This document shows positions 24,149 through 34,237 of a DNA stretch of 36,101 bases, one piece after another. A program made the translations under genes and the position numbers. Source of the DNA: a virus (Duplodnaviria > Caudoviricetes); IMG/VR virus record IMGVR_UViG_3300031519_000086, positions 1-36,101 of that record, one strand, 5' to 3'. Every line of letters starts with the position of its first letter. Position 1 is the first letter of the stretch. The notes below the pieces were generated by a model, which searched no databases, was not told the origin of the DNA, and saw nothing but the letters and a program-made list of their open reading frames with translations.

Positions 24149-26335
24149 CTAAAACCTTCCGTTAGAAGCCTGTATCATACCCCATCCAAGAAGGATGAAG
24201 TCCTTACCTGCTTCACTCTCAAACCTAAGGCGAACTGAACGTCCATGTCCTCTGATCTTAAGGCGAGTAGTGACGACTTCCTCAGGATAACCAAAGTTGT
24301 CGAGATTGTTAGTGTCAACTACAACAGGATACTTAAGCCTATACGCTTGCTGTCCAGTTGTAAAGGTATCTTTGAAGTCCCATGCACTTGACACAAGAAG
24401 AGAGGATGGTCTCTTAGCTACGTACTGACCACCTGAAAGCTCGAAGCCCTCCTCAGTCAGACGAGAGTAGACTACACAGTAAGGTGCGTTCTTCTTAGCT
24501 ACCAAGTCACCAATGAAGTTGTAACCAGCCTCAGCGTAGGAAGTGTAAGCAGCTGTACCCCAGTCAACAAAGTCTGTGCTAGTGAATGCTGCGAAGGTAA
24601 GCTTGTTTGTAGCCCCGTTACGAGACAGGAGAATAACGGAAGGTGATCCACTCTGGAAGGAACTCTCCACTGTGTTAACGACATCATCTCCAGCGGAGGT
24701 AACTACATCATCACCAAGAGAAGTAACTACGTCACGTACAAGAGGCTCTGAGCCGTAGCCTGAATAGAATGTAGGAGCTACTACGTAGGTGTTACCTGAA
24801 GTTTCATCCTCAATTCTCTGAGGGTAGAAAGCCTGTAGTGTTACGTCTAGAACGAGTACGTTGTTAAACTTAGAGGACTTAGTCTCACCCTTATCTGGGT
24901 AGAACCAGTAGGCTCTCTTAGAGATACCATCATAACAAGCTACTACCTTTTCCTTGACCTCTTGATCAATGTTATCCCATAGAGTTTGGATAGTAGTCTG
25001 GCTGATGTTAGTTGCTGAGGCTTGCCCTGATACTTGGTCATAGCTAAATGCGTGGATACCAAAGCGTGACCACCAGAGAGGAGACCCATCAATAGACAGG
25101 AAGCTTTCAGGGGACTCAATACCAATCTCAGATACACGGTTGATGGAGTAAGTAGTAGCTGAGAACACATCGTCAACACCTGTAATCTGCCATACACCAT
25201 TCTCAGCAAACACAAACAAGGATGACTTGAAGGAGTAGAGAAGCTTAATTCCTACACACTCAGGAATCTTAATGACACCACCATCTGTATCAAGAAGTGT
25301 ATTTGCGTACTCAGCTGTAGGGTCGGCTACCTGATAGCAAGTACCAAAGTCCTTTTCACTTTCAATAAGTTTAGAGAAGAGAATGTTACCTGAGTTCTTT
25401 GCACTATCTAGTCCTGCGTAGAACACACGACCTGAGAATGCAGTAGCTGACTTAAATCTAGACCCTTCAACGTCAGGAGTAATTCCTGCTACACCTGAGG
25501 CTGCACTACGGTCCATGCTAAAGAAGTTAAGAATAAAGTGACCGTTGCCATCCAGTGTGTTACCTGAACCTACCTTCTCCCACTCAGCTGGGTCAAACTG
25601 ATCATCGGCGTCTTTGCCTGAGAACCAAGGGTGGGTCAAAGGAGGGTAGGTGGAACCTTGTGTACCAACCCACCAAGAAAGAGCAGTGCTGAGACCCCGA
25701 CCTACATTTCTTTCACCCCAACCTACGTTAAGAGTGTCGTACTTTCTTTGAACACTTGTAGACGCCTCTGCAACAGAAGTAGAATAAGTGTCAGTATCCC
25801 CGATAAACTCAAAGTCTCTTACTTTGTGAGTAATAGCTACGGGAGTGTTGATTGTGTTAGTACCAGAATTGTACTCAATATAAAAACTATCTAAGGCTGC
25901 TGAGGTTACAACAAGGTATCCCTTAATAGAAGCGAACTGACACTTAGCATTCTCAGCGCCAACAGAACCTGAGTACTCAAATGCAGTCAGGTCTACATTA
26001 AAGGTTTCCTCAGCACCTGAGTAAGGCAGTGACCCCTTATTATAGAAGTAAAGAGTTGAGTCATTCTGAACAACCAAGAACTCTTTACCTGAGATACCAC
26101 CTGCGTTAGTCCACTCACCTGTGTGAACCAAAGAAGTATCCGTTACGCTAAAGCTAGAGTCCGCATAGCTGGTCTCAAAGGCTACGCCTAAGCGTCTACG
26201 ACGAGAACCATCTTTACGTAAGTCACAGTTAAGTTCGTCAACTGAGGCTCCCTCAGGAAACGTAAGTTCTCCAGCCTCAGTGATGAGACCTTTAACAAAG
26301 TTGTTAACCGTTGCTTGGCTGTATCTTTGTGGCAT
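24149..26335 (-). CDS. tail tubular protein B / nozzle
   Basis: Likely start MPQRYS; NNFVKGLITE, FSGRVFYAG, LFVFAENGVWQI; beta-rich; synteny. Confidence 0.8.
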   Translation of the reverse strand: MPQRYSQATVNNFVKGLITEAGELTFPEGASVDELNCDLRKDGSRRRRLGVAFETSYADSSFSVTDTSLVHTGEWTNAGGISGKEFLVVQNDSTLYFYNKGSLPYSGAEETFNVDLTAFEYSGSVGAENAKCQFASIKGYLVVTSAALDSFYIEYNSGTNTINTPVAITHKVRDFEFIGDTDTYSTSVAEASTSVQRKYDTLNVGWGERNVGRGLSTALSWWVGTQGSTYPPLTHPWFSGKDADDQFDPAEWEKVGSGNTLDGNGHFILNFFSMDRSAASGVAGITPDVEGSRFKSATAFSGRVFYAGLDSAKNSGNILFSKLIESEKDFGTCYQVADPTAEYANTLLDTDGGVIKIPECVGIKLLYSFKSSLFVFAENGVWQITGVDDVFSATTYSINRVSEIGIESPESFLSIDGSPLWWSRFGIHAFSYDQVSGQASATNISQTTIQTLWDNIDQEVKEKVVACYDGISKRAYWFYPDKGETKSSKFNNVLVLDVTLQAFYPQRIEDETSGNTYVVAPTFYSGYGSEPLVRDVVTSLGDDVVTSAGDDVVNTVESSFQSGSPSVILLSRNGATNKLTFAAFTSTDFVDWGTAAYTSYAEAGYNFIGDLVAKKNAPYCVVYSRLTEEGFELSGGQYVAKRPSSLLVSSAWDFKDTFTTGQQAYRLKYPVVVDTNNLDNFGYPEEVVTTRLKIRGHGRSVRLRFESEAGKDFILLGWGMIQASNGRF

Positions 26336-26600
26336 CAGTGCTCTTTCGTTTCTTACGTTCTGCGGAGAAGTTATCACGACGAACTGTGGCTGATTCTTTA
26401 GAGTTAGCTAGGTAAGACTCAAGGGCCTTCCTTGCTGACGTAGAGCCTGTGTAGAGGCCCTTAAGCTTGTCAGGGACCCTACCTGTGTCAGAAGTGATAC
26501 ACCACATCCCAGTGCCGTTATCTGCGGCTTTAACGGTCCACACACAGTTGAAGTTAGGGTGACGGTATTCGACTACACCGTCTTTAATCTTAACGTCCAT
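26304..26600 (-). CDS. hypothetical protein
   Basis: 98-aa ORF overlapping both neighbours. Confidence 0.65.
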   Translation of the reverse strand: MDVKIKDGVVEYRHPNFNCVWTVKAADNGTGMWCITSDTGRVPDKLKGLYTGSTSARKALESYLANSKESATVRRDNFSAERKKRKSTDATKIQPSNG

Positions 26601-27318
26601 AGTGATTCCGTGTGTTAGCTTTGCGGGTACGATACATATCGTTCTGTACAGCGGACTTTAGACGACGAGCAGCTTGTTCAATCTTAGGGTCACTGCCAGC
26701 CTTAAACAAGGAGAAGCAGGTAGACTTAGCTTCAGCTAGAAGGAGAGGCATCATAGTGCTGTCTAGGTCAGGCTCAAAGCTGTCTGAGATAGTAAAGGAT
26801 GGGTAGATAGTACCAAAGGCTTTGGTCTTAGTAGCTGACAAGATTGATTCTACAGATGCGTTGTAAGCATTCATAACAATGTGTTCATCGTCAAATGATG
26901 TGTAGTACGTAGGCATCTGATCGTTAACAACCACAATGCTAGTCTCACCGTCAGTGTCAGTAATGACCACGTTACCATCAGAAGACGGCATTGACGTGAA
27001 GAAGTCGATAGGCTCTACATACTTAATCTCTTGATACTCTACACCACCAGTGGTGGATACGTTGTAATAAAGCTCAGTGATTTCTTTGACACCCTCTGGA
27101 TACTTAAAGTAAACAGGACGGGCAAGCTCAGAGAGTGATGTGATGTTAAAGGATTGGTTTAGCTCAGGCACTGTACGAGCAGCGATAATGTTATTATACA
27201 CATCCTCGACTACAGAAGCAACCTGTAAAGCTTCGGTGGTATCAGAAATACTGTTGACAGACTCTGAATCCATGTCAGACAGAATGGACTGTACGATATC
27301 TAGGAGTGTAGTTCTCAT
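26590..27318 (-). CDS. tail tubular protein A / adaptor
   Basis: TLLDIVQSIL...VNSISDTTEA N-terminus typical of gp11-like adaptors; synteny. Confidence 0.8.
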   Translation of the reverse strand: MRTTLLDIVQSILSDMDSESVNSISDTTEALQVASVVEDVYNNIIAARTVPELNQSFNITSLSELARPVYFKYPEGVKEITELYYNVSTTGGVEYQEIKYVEPIDFFTSMPSSDGNVVITDTDGETSIVVVNDQMPTYYTSFDDEHIVMNAYNASVESILSATKTKAFGTIYPSFTISDSFEPDLDSTMMPLLLAEAKSTCFSLFKAGSDPKIEQAARRLKSAVQNDMYRTRKANTRNHYGR

Positions 27319-27779
27319 TACGTGTGCTCCACAACAACTGAGATAACGAAGTCTACATGGGTTGTAGCCCCTCCGTCTGTCTCAAGTAAAATGTAGTCGC
27401 TGTCTGTAGGTGTGTTGTTGGACGAAGGGTTAACTGTGTCTACGTCACCAGAAGCTGATCCAGATTGAGTAATGGTAAGAGTACCCATAGTAGCTGCTAA
27501 AGAGTTCTTAACAGTTACAACTACGTCTGATCCTGCAATAGCCCCTGCAATGACAGATGTGACACGACTGACTGTACCTGCAAAAGGAATGGGTAGGTAG
27601 AATGATTGTGCTGAGGATATATCAGTGAAGTGCACTGTAAAGACAGAACGCCTATGGTCCTGCCATGCTCCTGATCCTGAGCCATTAGCTACATACACCT
27701 TACTAGCAGCAGCCGTAGCTACACCCTTAGGTTCATGTAAGTAAGGATCAGTAAGGTTGCTATGGTTGATGTTAGCCAT
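27318..27779 (-). CDS. virion structural protein (head fibre/decoration-like)
   Basis: HSNLTDPYLHEPKG...VYVANGSGSGAW; follows the capsid gene; SD AAGGAG. Confidence 0.6.
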   Translation of the reverse strand: MANINHSNLTDPYLHEPKGVATAAASKVYVANGSGSGAWQDHRRSVFTVHFTDISSAQSFYLPIPFAGTVSRVTSVIAGAIAGSDVVVTVKNSLAATMGTLTITQSGSASGDVDTVNPSSNNTPTDSDYILLETDGGATTHVDFVISVVVEHT

Positions 27780-27786
27780 GATGTAG

Positions 27787-27863
27787 TAGCTCCTTAGGTA
27801 TACTCTATATATGTACCCTCAGGGGCACATCCGCAGGATACAAGTATTTTCAGACCTGTCAAG
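27787..27863 (-). promoter_or_regulatory. copy 2 of duplicated element: promoter TTGACA-16-TATCCT + leader hairpin + RBS for the tail operon
   Basis: -35 at 27857-27862, -10 at 27835-27840; lies just downstream of the capsid terminator. Confidence 0.7.
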
Positions 27864-27864
27864 A

Positions 27865-27903
27865 ATAAAAGTAGTAAGAGGAGGAGATTTCTCCCCTCCC
27901 CTA
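27865..27903 (-). terminator. putative terminator after the major capsid gene
   Basis: Minus strand AGGGGAGGGGAG-AAAT-CTCCTCCTCTT followed by ACTACTTTTATT. Confidence 0.6.
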
Positions 27904-27910
27904 AGTTAGC

Positions 27911-28858
27911 TTAAGCCATTGGCTTTGTAAGAACAGAAACCATGTTCTCTGGACGGTACAGCTTCATACCGTAACGTGCAGTAGTAACGAACTCTGTACG
28001 CTGGTAGTCTTTGTTGTACTCTGTGTCCACTTCAGGCATCTGACGCCATGCACCAACAAACGGCAAGACAGATTGGTCAGCCGAGAAGAACAAGTTGTTG
28101 ATTGCGTTAGCTGGAGCAGCAACACCACTGACAGTCTCTGAAGCTTTCGTTGCAAGGTAGTTAGATGTGTAAACATCAAAACCATAAATGTTAGCAACAA
28201 AGGACATACCAGAAGCGATACCAGTATTGACGATACCTTCCCAACGTGGGTTGTTAGATACAGATGTCAAGGATGAGAGGGTATTCATCTCAAACTCAAC
28301 AGACGGATCAACGATAGCCACAAGGTTACGCTGTGGTACTTTACCAGTCTTCAATGCACGAAGAGCTTTTGCGAAGTCTTCGACTGCAATAACACCACCA
28401 GTACCTGAACCAACCATACGGTGAGCAACACCGTTTACGTTGTTAGGGTCAGCAGCTGTTTGACCAGTCTGGGCAAGCTTCATGATGTCTGTTTCCAGAC
28501 GTTCCATCAAAGCACGTTCCTGAAGTGGAACAAACTGAGACATGATCTGGTTGGAGTAGTAGACATCCTGCATCGCTTTGTTAGTGATGTAGTTGCTTGA
28601 CTGAAGGTAGTCAGTGATAGTGAAGGTGAACTGTGCGTCGTCAATCGCAGTGTAGGATACTGCTGCATCTTCAACGTAGTCTGCAACTGTTGCATCACCC
28701 AAGGATGGAATCTTGAATGTATCACCATCAGGGAAATCACTCAACCAGTTGACATATTTCATGCCTTGCATTTCGTCACGCAAGATTTGTTTAAGTTCAG
28801 CGGACCAAACTTCTGCACGTTTGGCAAGAGCCAATGTTGCTACGGTATTACCAGCCAT
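27911..28858 (-). CDS. major capsid protein
   Basis: 315 aa; EVWS, GDTFKIP, YGFDVYTSN, YGMKLYRPE; follows the scaffold gene; strong SD. Confidence 0.9.
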   Translation of the reverse strand: MAGNTVATLALAKRAEVWSAELKQILRDEMQGMKYVNWLSDFPDGDTFKIPSLGDATVADYVEDAAVSYTAIDDAQFTFTITDYLQSSNYITNKAMQDVYYSNQIMSQFVPLQERALMERLETDIMKLAQTGQTAADPNNVNGVAHRMVGSGTGGVIAVEDFAKALRALKTGKVPQRNLVAIVDPSVEFEMNTLSSLTSVSNNPRWEGIVNTGIASGMSFVANIYGFDVYTSNYLATKASETVSGVAAPANAINNLFFSADQSVLPFVGAWRQMPEVDTEYNKDYQRTEFVTTARYGMKLYRPENMVSVLTKPMA

Positions 28859-28873
28859 TATATTTCTCCTAAA

Positions 28874-29641
28874 TTAGCTGTAGAACTTCCCACCAAGTTT
28901 TTCGGCATCTGCCATCATTTGTTGTTGAAACTTGGGAGAGAAGTAAAGGGATTTGTTCTCACGACGAACTTGCTGATAGTAAGCAAAGTTTTTATCGTTA
29001 GAACTACTCATGTTAACGCCTTCGGTTCGTACTGAACCGCTGACAAGAGGGTTGGTCTGTCGGGGCTTTTCTCCGATCAAAGTAAAGAATGCGTTAGGGG
29101 ATTCCTGTGCAATCTCTTTGAGTCGGTCCATTGACATACCTAGTTCTTTTGCTTTGTCACTAATGACCTCAGAGGCATCAGTACCAAAACTCTTGTTCAA
29201 CTCTTCGTCAACCATCTTCAAGTTCTGCAATAGCAGCGCCTGTTGATCACGTTGAGTCAGCGTCTTTTCTACAAGGCTCTTTAGGTCATCCTCGCTAAGG
29301 GTTTGGTTGGTGTTACCGTCCTCAGCGCCACCGCTATTGTTTGCCATTTGAGAGGAACCTGCGGTGCGATCAGGGGCCTTACTCTCAGCTTGGGACATCA
29401 CGCTGTCATTATACTCTTTCTTGTTAAGCTCAGTTCGCATTTCTGCGAGTTGTTCTTCGAGAGTCTTAATGTAACCGTCAGCCTGTAACTTTCCTTTAGC
29501 TAGTACTTCAGGGTTGCGCCAGTTGTCACCTTTGGCTTGTGCGAGTTTGTCTACGAAAGACTCTTGGGTTTGAGTTGTTTCTGCGACTTGCTCACTGGCC
29601 TGACTAGCGTCTGTGGTTTGACCACCGTCAGTAAATACCAT
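28874..29641 (-). CDS. capsid scaffolding protein
   Basis: Acidic coiled-coil protein between portal and capsid. Confidence 0.8.
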   Translation of the reverse strand: MVFTDGGQTTDASQASEQVAETTQTQESFVDKLAQAKGDNWRNPEVLAKGKLQADGYIKTLEEQLAEMRTELNKKEYNDSVMSQAESKAPDRTAGSSQMANNSGGAEDGNTNQTLSEDDLKSLVEKTLTQRDQQALLLQNLKMVDEELNKSFGTDASEVISDKAKELGMSMDRLKEIAQESPNAFFTLIGEKPRQTNPLVSGSVRTEGVNMSSSNDKNFAYYQQVRRENKSLYFSPKFQQQMMADAEKLGGKFYS

Positions 29642-29644
29642 TTG

Positions 29645-29887
29645 TTATTCCTTATCTAGTGTTATCATTTCAAGCACCGTGGTTAGTGCTCTGTTATACC
29701 CGTTCCTGTCTGCTTGCTTGTAAGCCCATGAGGGACAATCATAGTCAGAGGATGGAACAGTCTCTTTGAGCATTGGCTCAAGGATTTCTTTAAGGCGGTC
29801 AAGAGGCTCACGCTGTGACAGGATTGCCTGTTTGACCGATGCTTTATCTTTTTGTGTCTTACACTTCTGGAACCAGCTGGACTTCAT
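29645..29887 (-). CDS. conserved hypothetical protein after portal
   Basis: 80 aa; DYDCPSWAYKQADRNGY. Confidence 0.75.
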   Translation of the reverse strand: MKSSWFQKCKTQKDKASVKQAILSQREPLDRLKEILEPMLKETVPSSDYDCPSWAYKQADRNGYNRALTTVLEMITLDKE

Positions 29888-31632
29888 TAGAGGCCCTTCT
29901 CAGCCATGATCTGCTGCTGCTCTTCAAACTGAACCTCAGCCTCAGTAGCAACCTTCTGCGTATCCATCTGCTCTTTGATAGCTACGTTCTCAGAGAAGAG
30001 TGAAGGTTCACCTAGTTCCTCAGTAAGAACTCTTGCGAACTCCTTACCTGACAAGTGAACTGCTACACTAGGATCAGAAGCTTTGATCTGGTAGAGTTGT
30101 GTCAAGGTCTGGATTCTACGTGCTCTCTCAGCAAAGTGACGAGCACCAATAGGAACGATCTTGCCGTTACCTTTGATGTCTTCCTTAGAGATATCTTGGA
30201 AGAAAGAAACACCTGTGTCTGAGTTAAGGACTCTAACAACATCGACGTAGTTCATCTGACGACGAGCAGCTTCGAGCATTGCATTGAGGATTGGCTCAAG
30301 GAACACACGTTCAAAGTGAGCAGTCTTGTGTTGGAAGATACGACCAGCTGAGGTCATCAGGGACTGTACTTCAAACGCTGTCTTCTCACCAGCAGAACGG
30401 ATACCCATAGCTTCACGAGGAGCACCAGCCATCATCTCCATCTTGTTCTCTAGAGATTGAATCTGGAAGTCTGCGTTAAGTGCCGTGGCGTCAGGGGCAA
30501 GGTAACCTACGTCACCCTCCTCACCAATATAGATACGTTCAGCAGGGGCAAAGTCGAAGTCCTCTACGTCGCCACGAATCTTAAGCATAGGGTAGGCGAT
30601 CTGATCGAACACGTCAGCCTTAAGGTTCTCCAAGTGGTCAATGCGGTACTGCATACCTACGAGGTTATCCAGAGGACCCATAGCATAAAGGTTGTCAGGA
30701 CGTTCACGCCAGCCAGCGTGGAACACAGGAGCAGTACCTAACCAGCTAGGGTTCTGCTCGTTGAAGATGACGTAGGAACGGTCAACTACAGTAATGACAC
30801 GGTTGTTATGGAACTCACCTTTGTCAGCATCATAGATGTCACCGTAGAACGTAAGGACCTCTACGTAGTTAGACTCGTAGTACTCCTGAAGAGAACCAAA
30901 ACCATCAGCAGTGAATGCGTTAGCCTTAGCAACATCAACGTCTGAACCAGATACGGCTGACCGATTAGCCAACATCTTATCAAAGATTTCTTGGTAGTAT
31001 GCGTTGTCTACGGTCTCGTCAATCCTACGTTTAATCTCACCTACAGTAAGAAGGCTACGTACAATCTTAGGTGCTTGATCGAAGTCAGCTGCTGTAGGGT
31101 TGAAGCAGATATCGAAGGGAGATATACGTACTAGGCGAGGACCTACGTACTTAACTGTACGACTACCGTCATCATACTCAGTGTAATCGTTGACATACTC
31201 AACAGTAGCAAAGCAGTTGCCGTACTGAATATAGTCGTTGACAAGACGGTTAACTGTAGTCTCGAACTTAGACTCAGTAATCTTGTTTTCCATGTAAGCT
31301 TGGATTACGTCACGCTTCTGCTTAGTGTTAGCATCTGGGTCAGAGGCATGAAACTTAAACCACTTCTGCTGTGGGAACAGAGTTGACACATAGTTAGCGT
31401 GAAGGTTATCAGCAATCTGTGTTAACTTAGGTGTGGTAGTTGAGTTAGTCCAAGGCAACTTCTTGTTAGAAGTCGTGCTTGTGTCAGTGGCGTAAATGTA
31501 ATTACGCAGTTCCTTCCACTCGTCTAACTTACCCTGACGGGCATTGTTCCATGAGGTCCAACGATCTGCAATCTCTACTGCGAGAGAGTGGGGATCAATC
31601 ATACTATTTAGGTCTACTGTAGTGCCAGCCAT
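29887..31632 (-). CDS. portal protein
   Basis: 581 aa between terminase and scaffold; RISPFD, YAMGP, GIRSAGEKTAFEV. Confidence 0.88.
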   Translation of the reverse strand: MAGTTVDLNSMIDPHSLAVEIADRWTSWNNARQGKLDEWKELRNYIYATDTSTTSNKKLPWTNSTTTPKLTQIADNLHANYVSTLFPQQKWFKFHASDPDANTKQKRDVIQAYMENKITESKFETTVNRLVNDYIQYGNCFATVEYVNDYTEYDDGSRTVKYVGPRLVRISPFDICFNPTAADFDQAPKIVRSLLTVGEIKRRIDETVDNAYYQEIFDKMLANRSAVSGSDVDVAKANAFTADGFGSLQEYYESNYVEVLTFYGDIYDADKGEFHNNRVITVVDRSYVIFNEQNPSWLGTAPVFHAGWRERPDNLYAMGPLDNLVGMQYRIDHLENLKADVFDQIAYPMLKIRGDVEDFDFAPAERIYIGEEGDVGYLAPDATALNADFQIQSLENKMEMMAGAPREAMGIRSAGEKTAFEVQSLMTSAGRIFQHKTAHFERVFLEPILNAMLEAARRQMNYVDVVRVLNSDTGVSFFQDISKEDIKGNGKIVPIGARHFAERARRIQTLTQLYQIKASDPSVAVHLSGKEFARVLTEELGEPSLFSENVAIKEQMDTQKVATEAEVQFEEQQQIMAEKGL

Positions 31633-33167
31633 TAGAAGCTAACCCCTCCAAATCTTTCGTTGAATTGAACCACATTGTCTTTGCGGCGGCGTATTGTTCT
31701 TGAAGGCTTAATAGCCATGTCAACAACTGAAGCTAAGGCGTCGATAACATCATCGTGTGGTGGATTACGTGTTGACAACTCTTCTTCTAGAATCTGTGTG
31801 TTGCCGCCTCTGTAGTGCCAGATGCTCAGGTTGTCGTACCTAGGCTCAAGTGCAGCTGAGATACGTTCCTGCTTACTACCGTGACCCTTGTTAGGTCTGA
31901 ACTCTTCAATGCTCAAAGACAAACCATGTTGCTTGACTAGCTCTTTGAGTTGCTTAACGATAGCTACCTGAGCTACTGTAGTCTCAGCCCTCATCTTACG
32001 GAATGACCATTTAGTGACGAGGTTAAGGATGTGCTCAAAGTAATCTGAGATACGGTCAGTCTTAAATCTGTCGATGTCTAGTACGTAGATGTTATTCTCA
32101 GCGTCGATACCTATAACAACAATAGCTGTGTAGTCAGCTTTCTTTGATAGACTAAAGGCGAAGTCAACTGCTGCGAATACGTTAAGTTTCTCTTCCTTGA
32201 AGAACCAATACCCGTTATCATTCTTTAGATACTTACGGTCAAAGTACTGGAACTTGTCTGCGCCTACTGGTACGTTGTCAGGGTCAGAAGGATCGTTGTA
32301 GTACTGTGCCCTGAACTGACCCTTGTCTAGGTACTGTCCACGTTTCTTAGCTAGAACCCTGATGTCAAAACCAAACCACTTACCGTCTCGTCTCTGCATA
32401 CGGGGCCAAAGCATCTCGCCTGTACCGTCACCTGAATCCTCTACTGGTCTCTCAAAGATTTCGTAGATGTTATCTTCACCAGTCTTATCACCCTCGTCAC
32501 TGTACGTGTCTTCTACCATCTGGAGTAGATCATTGTACAAGTCAGCTGGGTGGTAACGTGTACCTACTACCCACTCCTTAGCATCAGCACCTTCGATGGA
32601 TGACAGCAAAGAGTATTGACTCTTAACTTTGTTACGTCCCTCACCTGTGTAAGCATTCTCATAGACAACAATGTCATCAAGGACTGCAATGTCACAGTGC
32701 ATACCAGTAAGAGAAGTAGTAAGGCCACCAGTAAACACTGAAGGGTCTCTGACGTTTTCTTTCTTACGGTCTGGGTGATCTAACATAATCTCAGAGTTAG
32801 TCCACTTAGTCCGTCTACCCTCATCTGCATGAACGTGCTGAGGCCAATAACGTCTGTAAATCTCTGAAGTTAATATACCTTTAATGAAACCTAACTGCTT
32901 CTCCGCAAGGTTAGCGGTAGCAGATATGTAAAGTATACGCAATGTTGGGTTCTTTGTCAACTCCCAAGCGACACGATATGCAATTAATCTTGACTTACCG
33001 TGGTCACGAGGAAACAAAAGAAGCTGATGAGACTTAGAATCCTCTCTTGTCCACCACTGACAAACGTCTTCATGACACTGACCAAGTACCTGTTCAGGAG
33101 CTACCAACTTAATGAAGGTAACTAGATCAGTCTCAGCTGCATGACGGATTTCTTCTACTGTTGCCAT
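31632..33167 (-). CDS. terL: terminase large subunit
   Basis: Walker A PRDHGKS, Walker B VLDD, GTRY, nuclease AVDFA...DYTA, HDDVIDA. Confidence 0.95.
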   Translation of the reverse strand: MATVEEIRHAAETDLVTFIKLVAPEQVLGQCHEDVCQWWTREDSKSHQLLLFPRDHGKSRLIAYRVAWELTKNPTLRILYISATANLAEKQLGFIKGILTSEIYRRYWPQHVHADEGRRTKWTNSEIMLDHPDRKKENVRDPSVFTGGLTTSLTGMHCDIAVLDDIVVYENAYTGEGRNKVKSQYSLLSSIEGADAKEWVVGTRYHPADLYNDLLQMVEDTYSDEGDKTGEDNIYEIFERPVEDSGDGTGEMLWPRMQRRDGKWFGFDIRVLAKKRGQYLDKGQFRAQYYNDPSDPDNVPVGADKFQYFDRKYLKNDNGYWFFKEEKLNVFAAVDFAFSLSKKADYTAIVVIGIDAENNIYVLDIDRFKTDRISDYFEHILNLVTKWSFRKMRAETTVAQVAIVKQLKELVKQHGLSLSIEEFRPNKGHGSKQERISAALEPRYDNLSIWHYRGGNTQILEEELSTRNPPHDDVIDALASVVDMAIKPSRTIRRRKDNVVQFNERFGGVSF

Positions 33168-33553
33168 TAGGGTTTAGTAGGCCAAGGCACTGTGTTAGGG
33201 AAGTCAGCCTGTGCTGGGATGTCACGAAGGGCCTGACGATAAGTAGCCCACGCAGCCTTATCTACAGGAGCATCAGCAACCTGCGTCCAATCAGAGGCGG
33301 TTAAAAGGCTGTCACGTTCTGCACGGGCAGCTACAACAGGGTCTACTGGTTCTGGTTCTGTCTCAGGTGTTGGGACATCCTCTACAGCCCATACAGTACC
33401 ATCCCATCGTGCTAACTGTTCATCTGTTGTTGGGGGTGGTGCAGTCTCTACGCAACCTGCTGGGATAAGTGTGTTACTTATATCCAAGGGGTCTTGATCT
33501 GCTGTTGTAGTGCCTACAAAGACACCATCAATGTCTGTTTGATATACGTTCAT
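33167..33553 (-). CDS. tail fibre assembly chaperone
   Basis: RAERDSLLTASDWTQVAD...WATYRQALRDIP...WPTKP. Confidence 0.85.
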   Translation of the reverse strand: MNVYQTDIDGVFVGTTTADQDPLDISNTLIPAGCVETAPPPTTDEQLARWDGTVWAVEDVPTPETEPEPVDPVVAARAERDSLLTASDWTQVADAPVDKAAWATYRQALRDIPAQADFPNTVPWPTKP

Positions 33554-33565
33554 ATCTGCGTCTCC

Positions 33566-34237
33566 TTAGTATTTAATGCAAGCAAGCAGAGCAATGTTGC
33601 GTGGACGGGTCTCAGTACCACCTGTGGCTGATGTGTAGAACTGGAATCGGTTATAAGTTCCACCTGTCCAAGAAGACACAGGGCCAGCGCTTGTAGCAAC
33701 TTGACCATATGCACCAGTGTTTGCGCTGTACGATCTTAAACCTTCAAGGTGGTTGTGGGTTTTAAGCTCATCAACCTGAGCAGAACCAAATGCTCGACTA
33801 CTATCAATACCACGACTATCATCCCAGCCACGCATAAACTCACCACGAAGGTCAGGTACGCTGAACGAACTACCACTGCCACCAAAGGTGTAACCAATAA
33901 CTGCAAATAGGTCTGCGTAAGTAGTGGTGCTTAGTGATGCGCCGTTAGCTTTGATAAAGCCTGTAGGGGGTGTATTGGCTGCATGGTAAATGACTGCACC
34001 TGCTGGTGTACCCGCAACACCAGTCAGGGCAGAGCCATCAATGGCTGGTAACGCTCCTGTTAGGTTAGCCGAAGTGAGGTTAGTAAGCGCAGAACCATCA
34101 AGGGCTGGCAGTGTACCCGTTAGCTGGGCCGCTGGTATGGCTGTAAGGGAAGCAGCACTACCCGTCATACCGTTGGGAAAATCAGGTGCGCCAGAGCCAG
34201 CCTCATCTGTGATTGTATCTACTTTGATGGTGCTCAT
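33566..34237 (-). CDS. short tail fibre with phage tail-collar domain
   Basis: PAGAVI...PPTGF..ANG...YADLFAVIG..FG...VPDLRGEFMRG; ETRPRNIALLACIKY; LTG.LPA.DGSALT repeats. Confidence 0.88.
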   Translation of the reverse strand: MSTIKVDTITDEAGSGAPDFPNGMTGSAASLTAIPAAQLTGTLPALDGSALTNLTSANLTGALPAIDGSALTGVAGTPAGAVIYHAANTPPTGFIKANGASLSTTTYADLFAVIGYTFGGSGSSFSVPDLRGEFMRGWDDSRGIDSSRAFGSAQVDELKTHNHLEGLRSYSANTGAYGQVATSAGPVSSWTGGTYNRFQFYTSATGGTETRPRNIALLACIKY

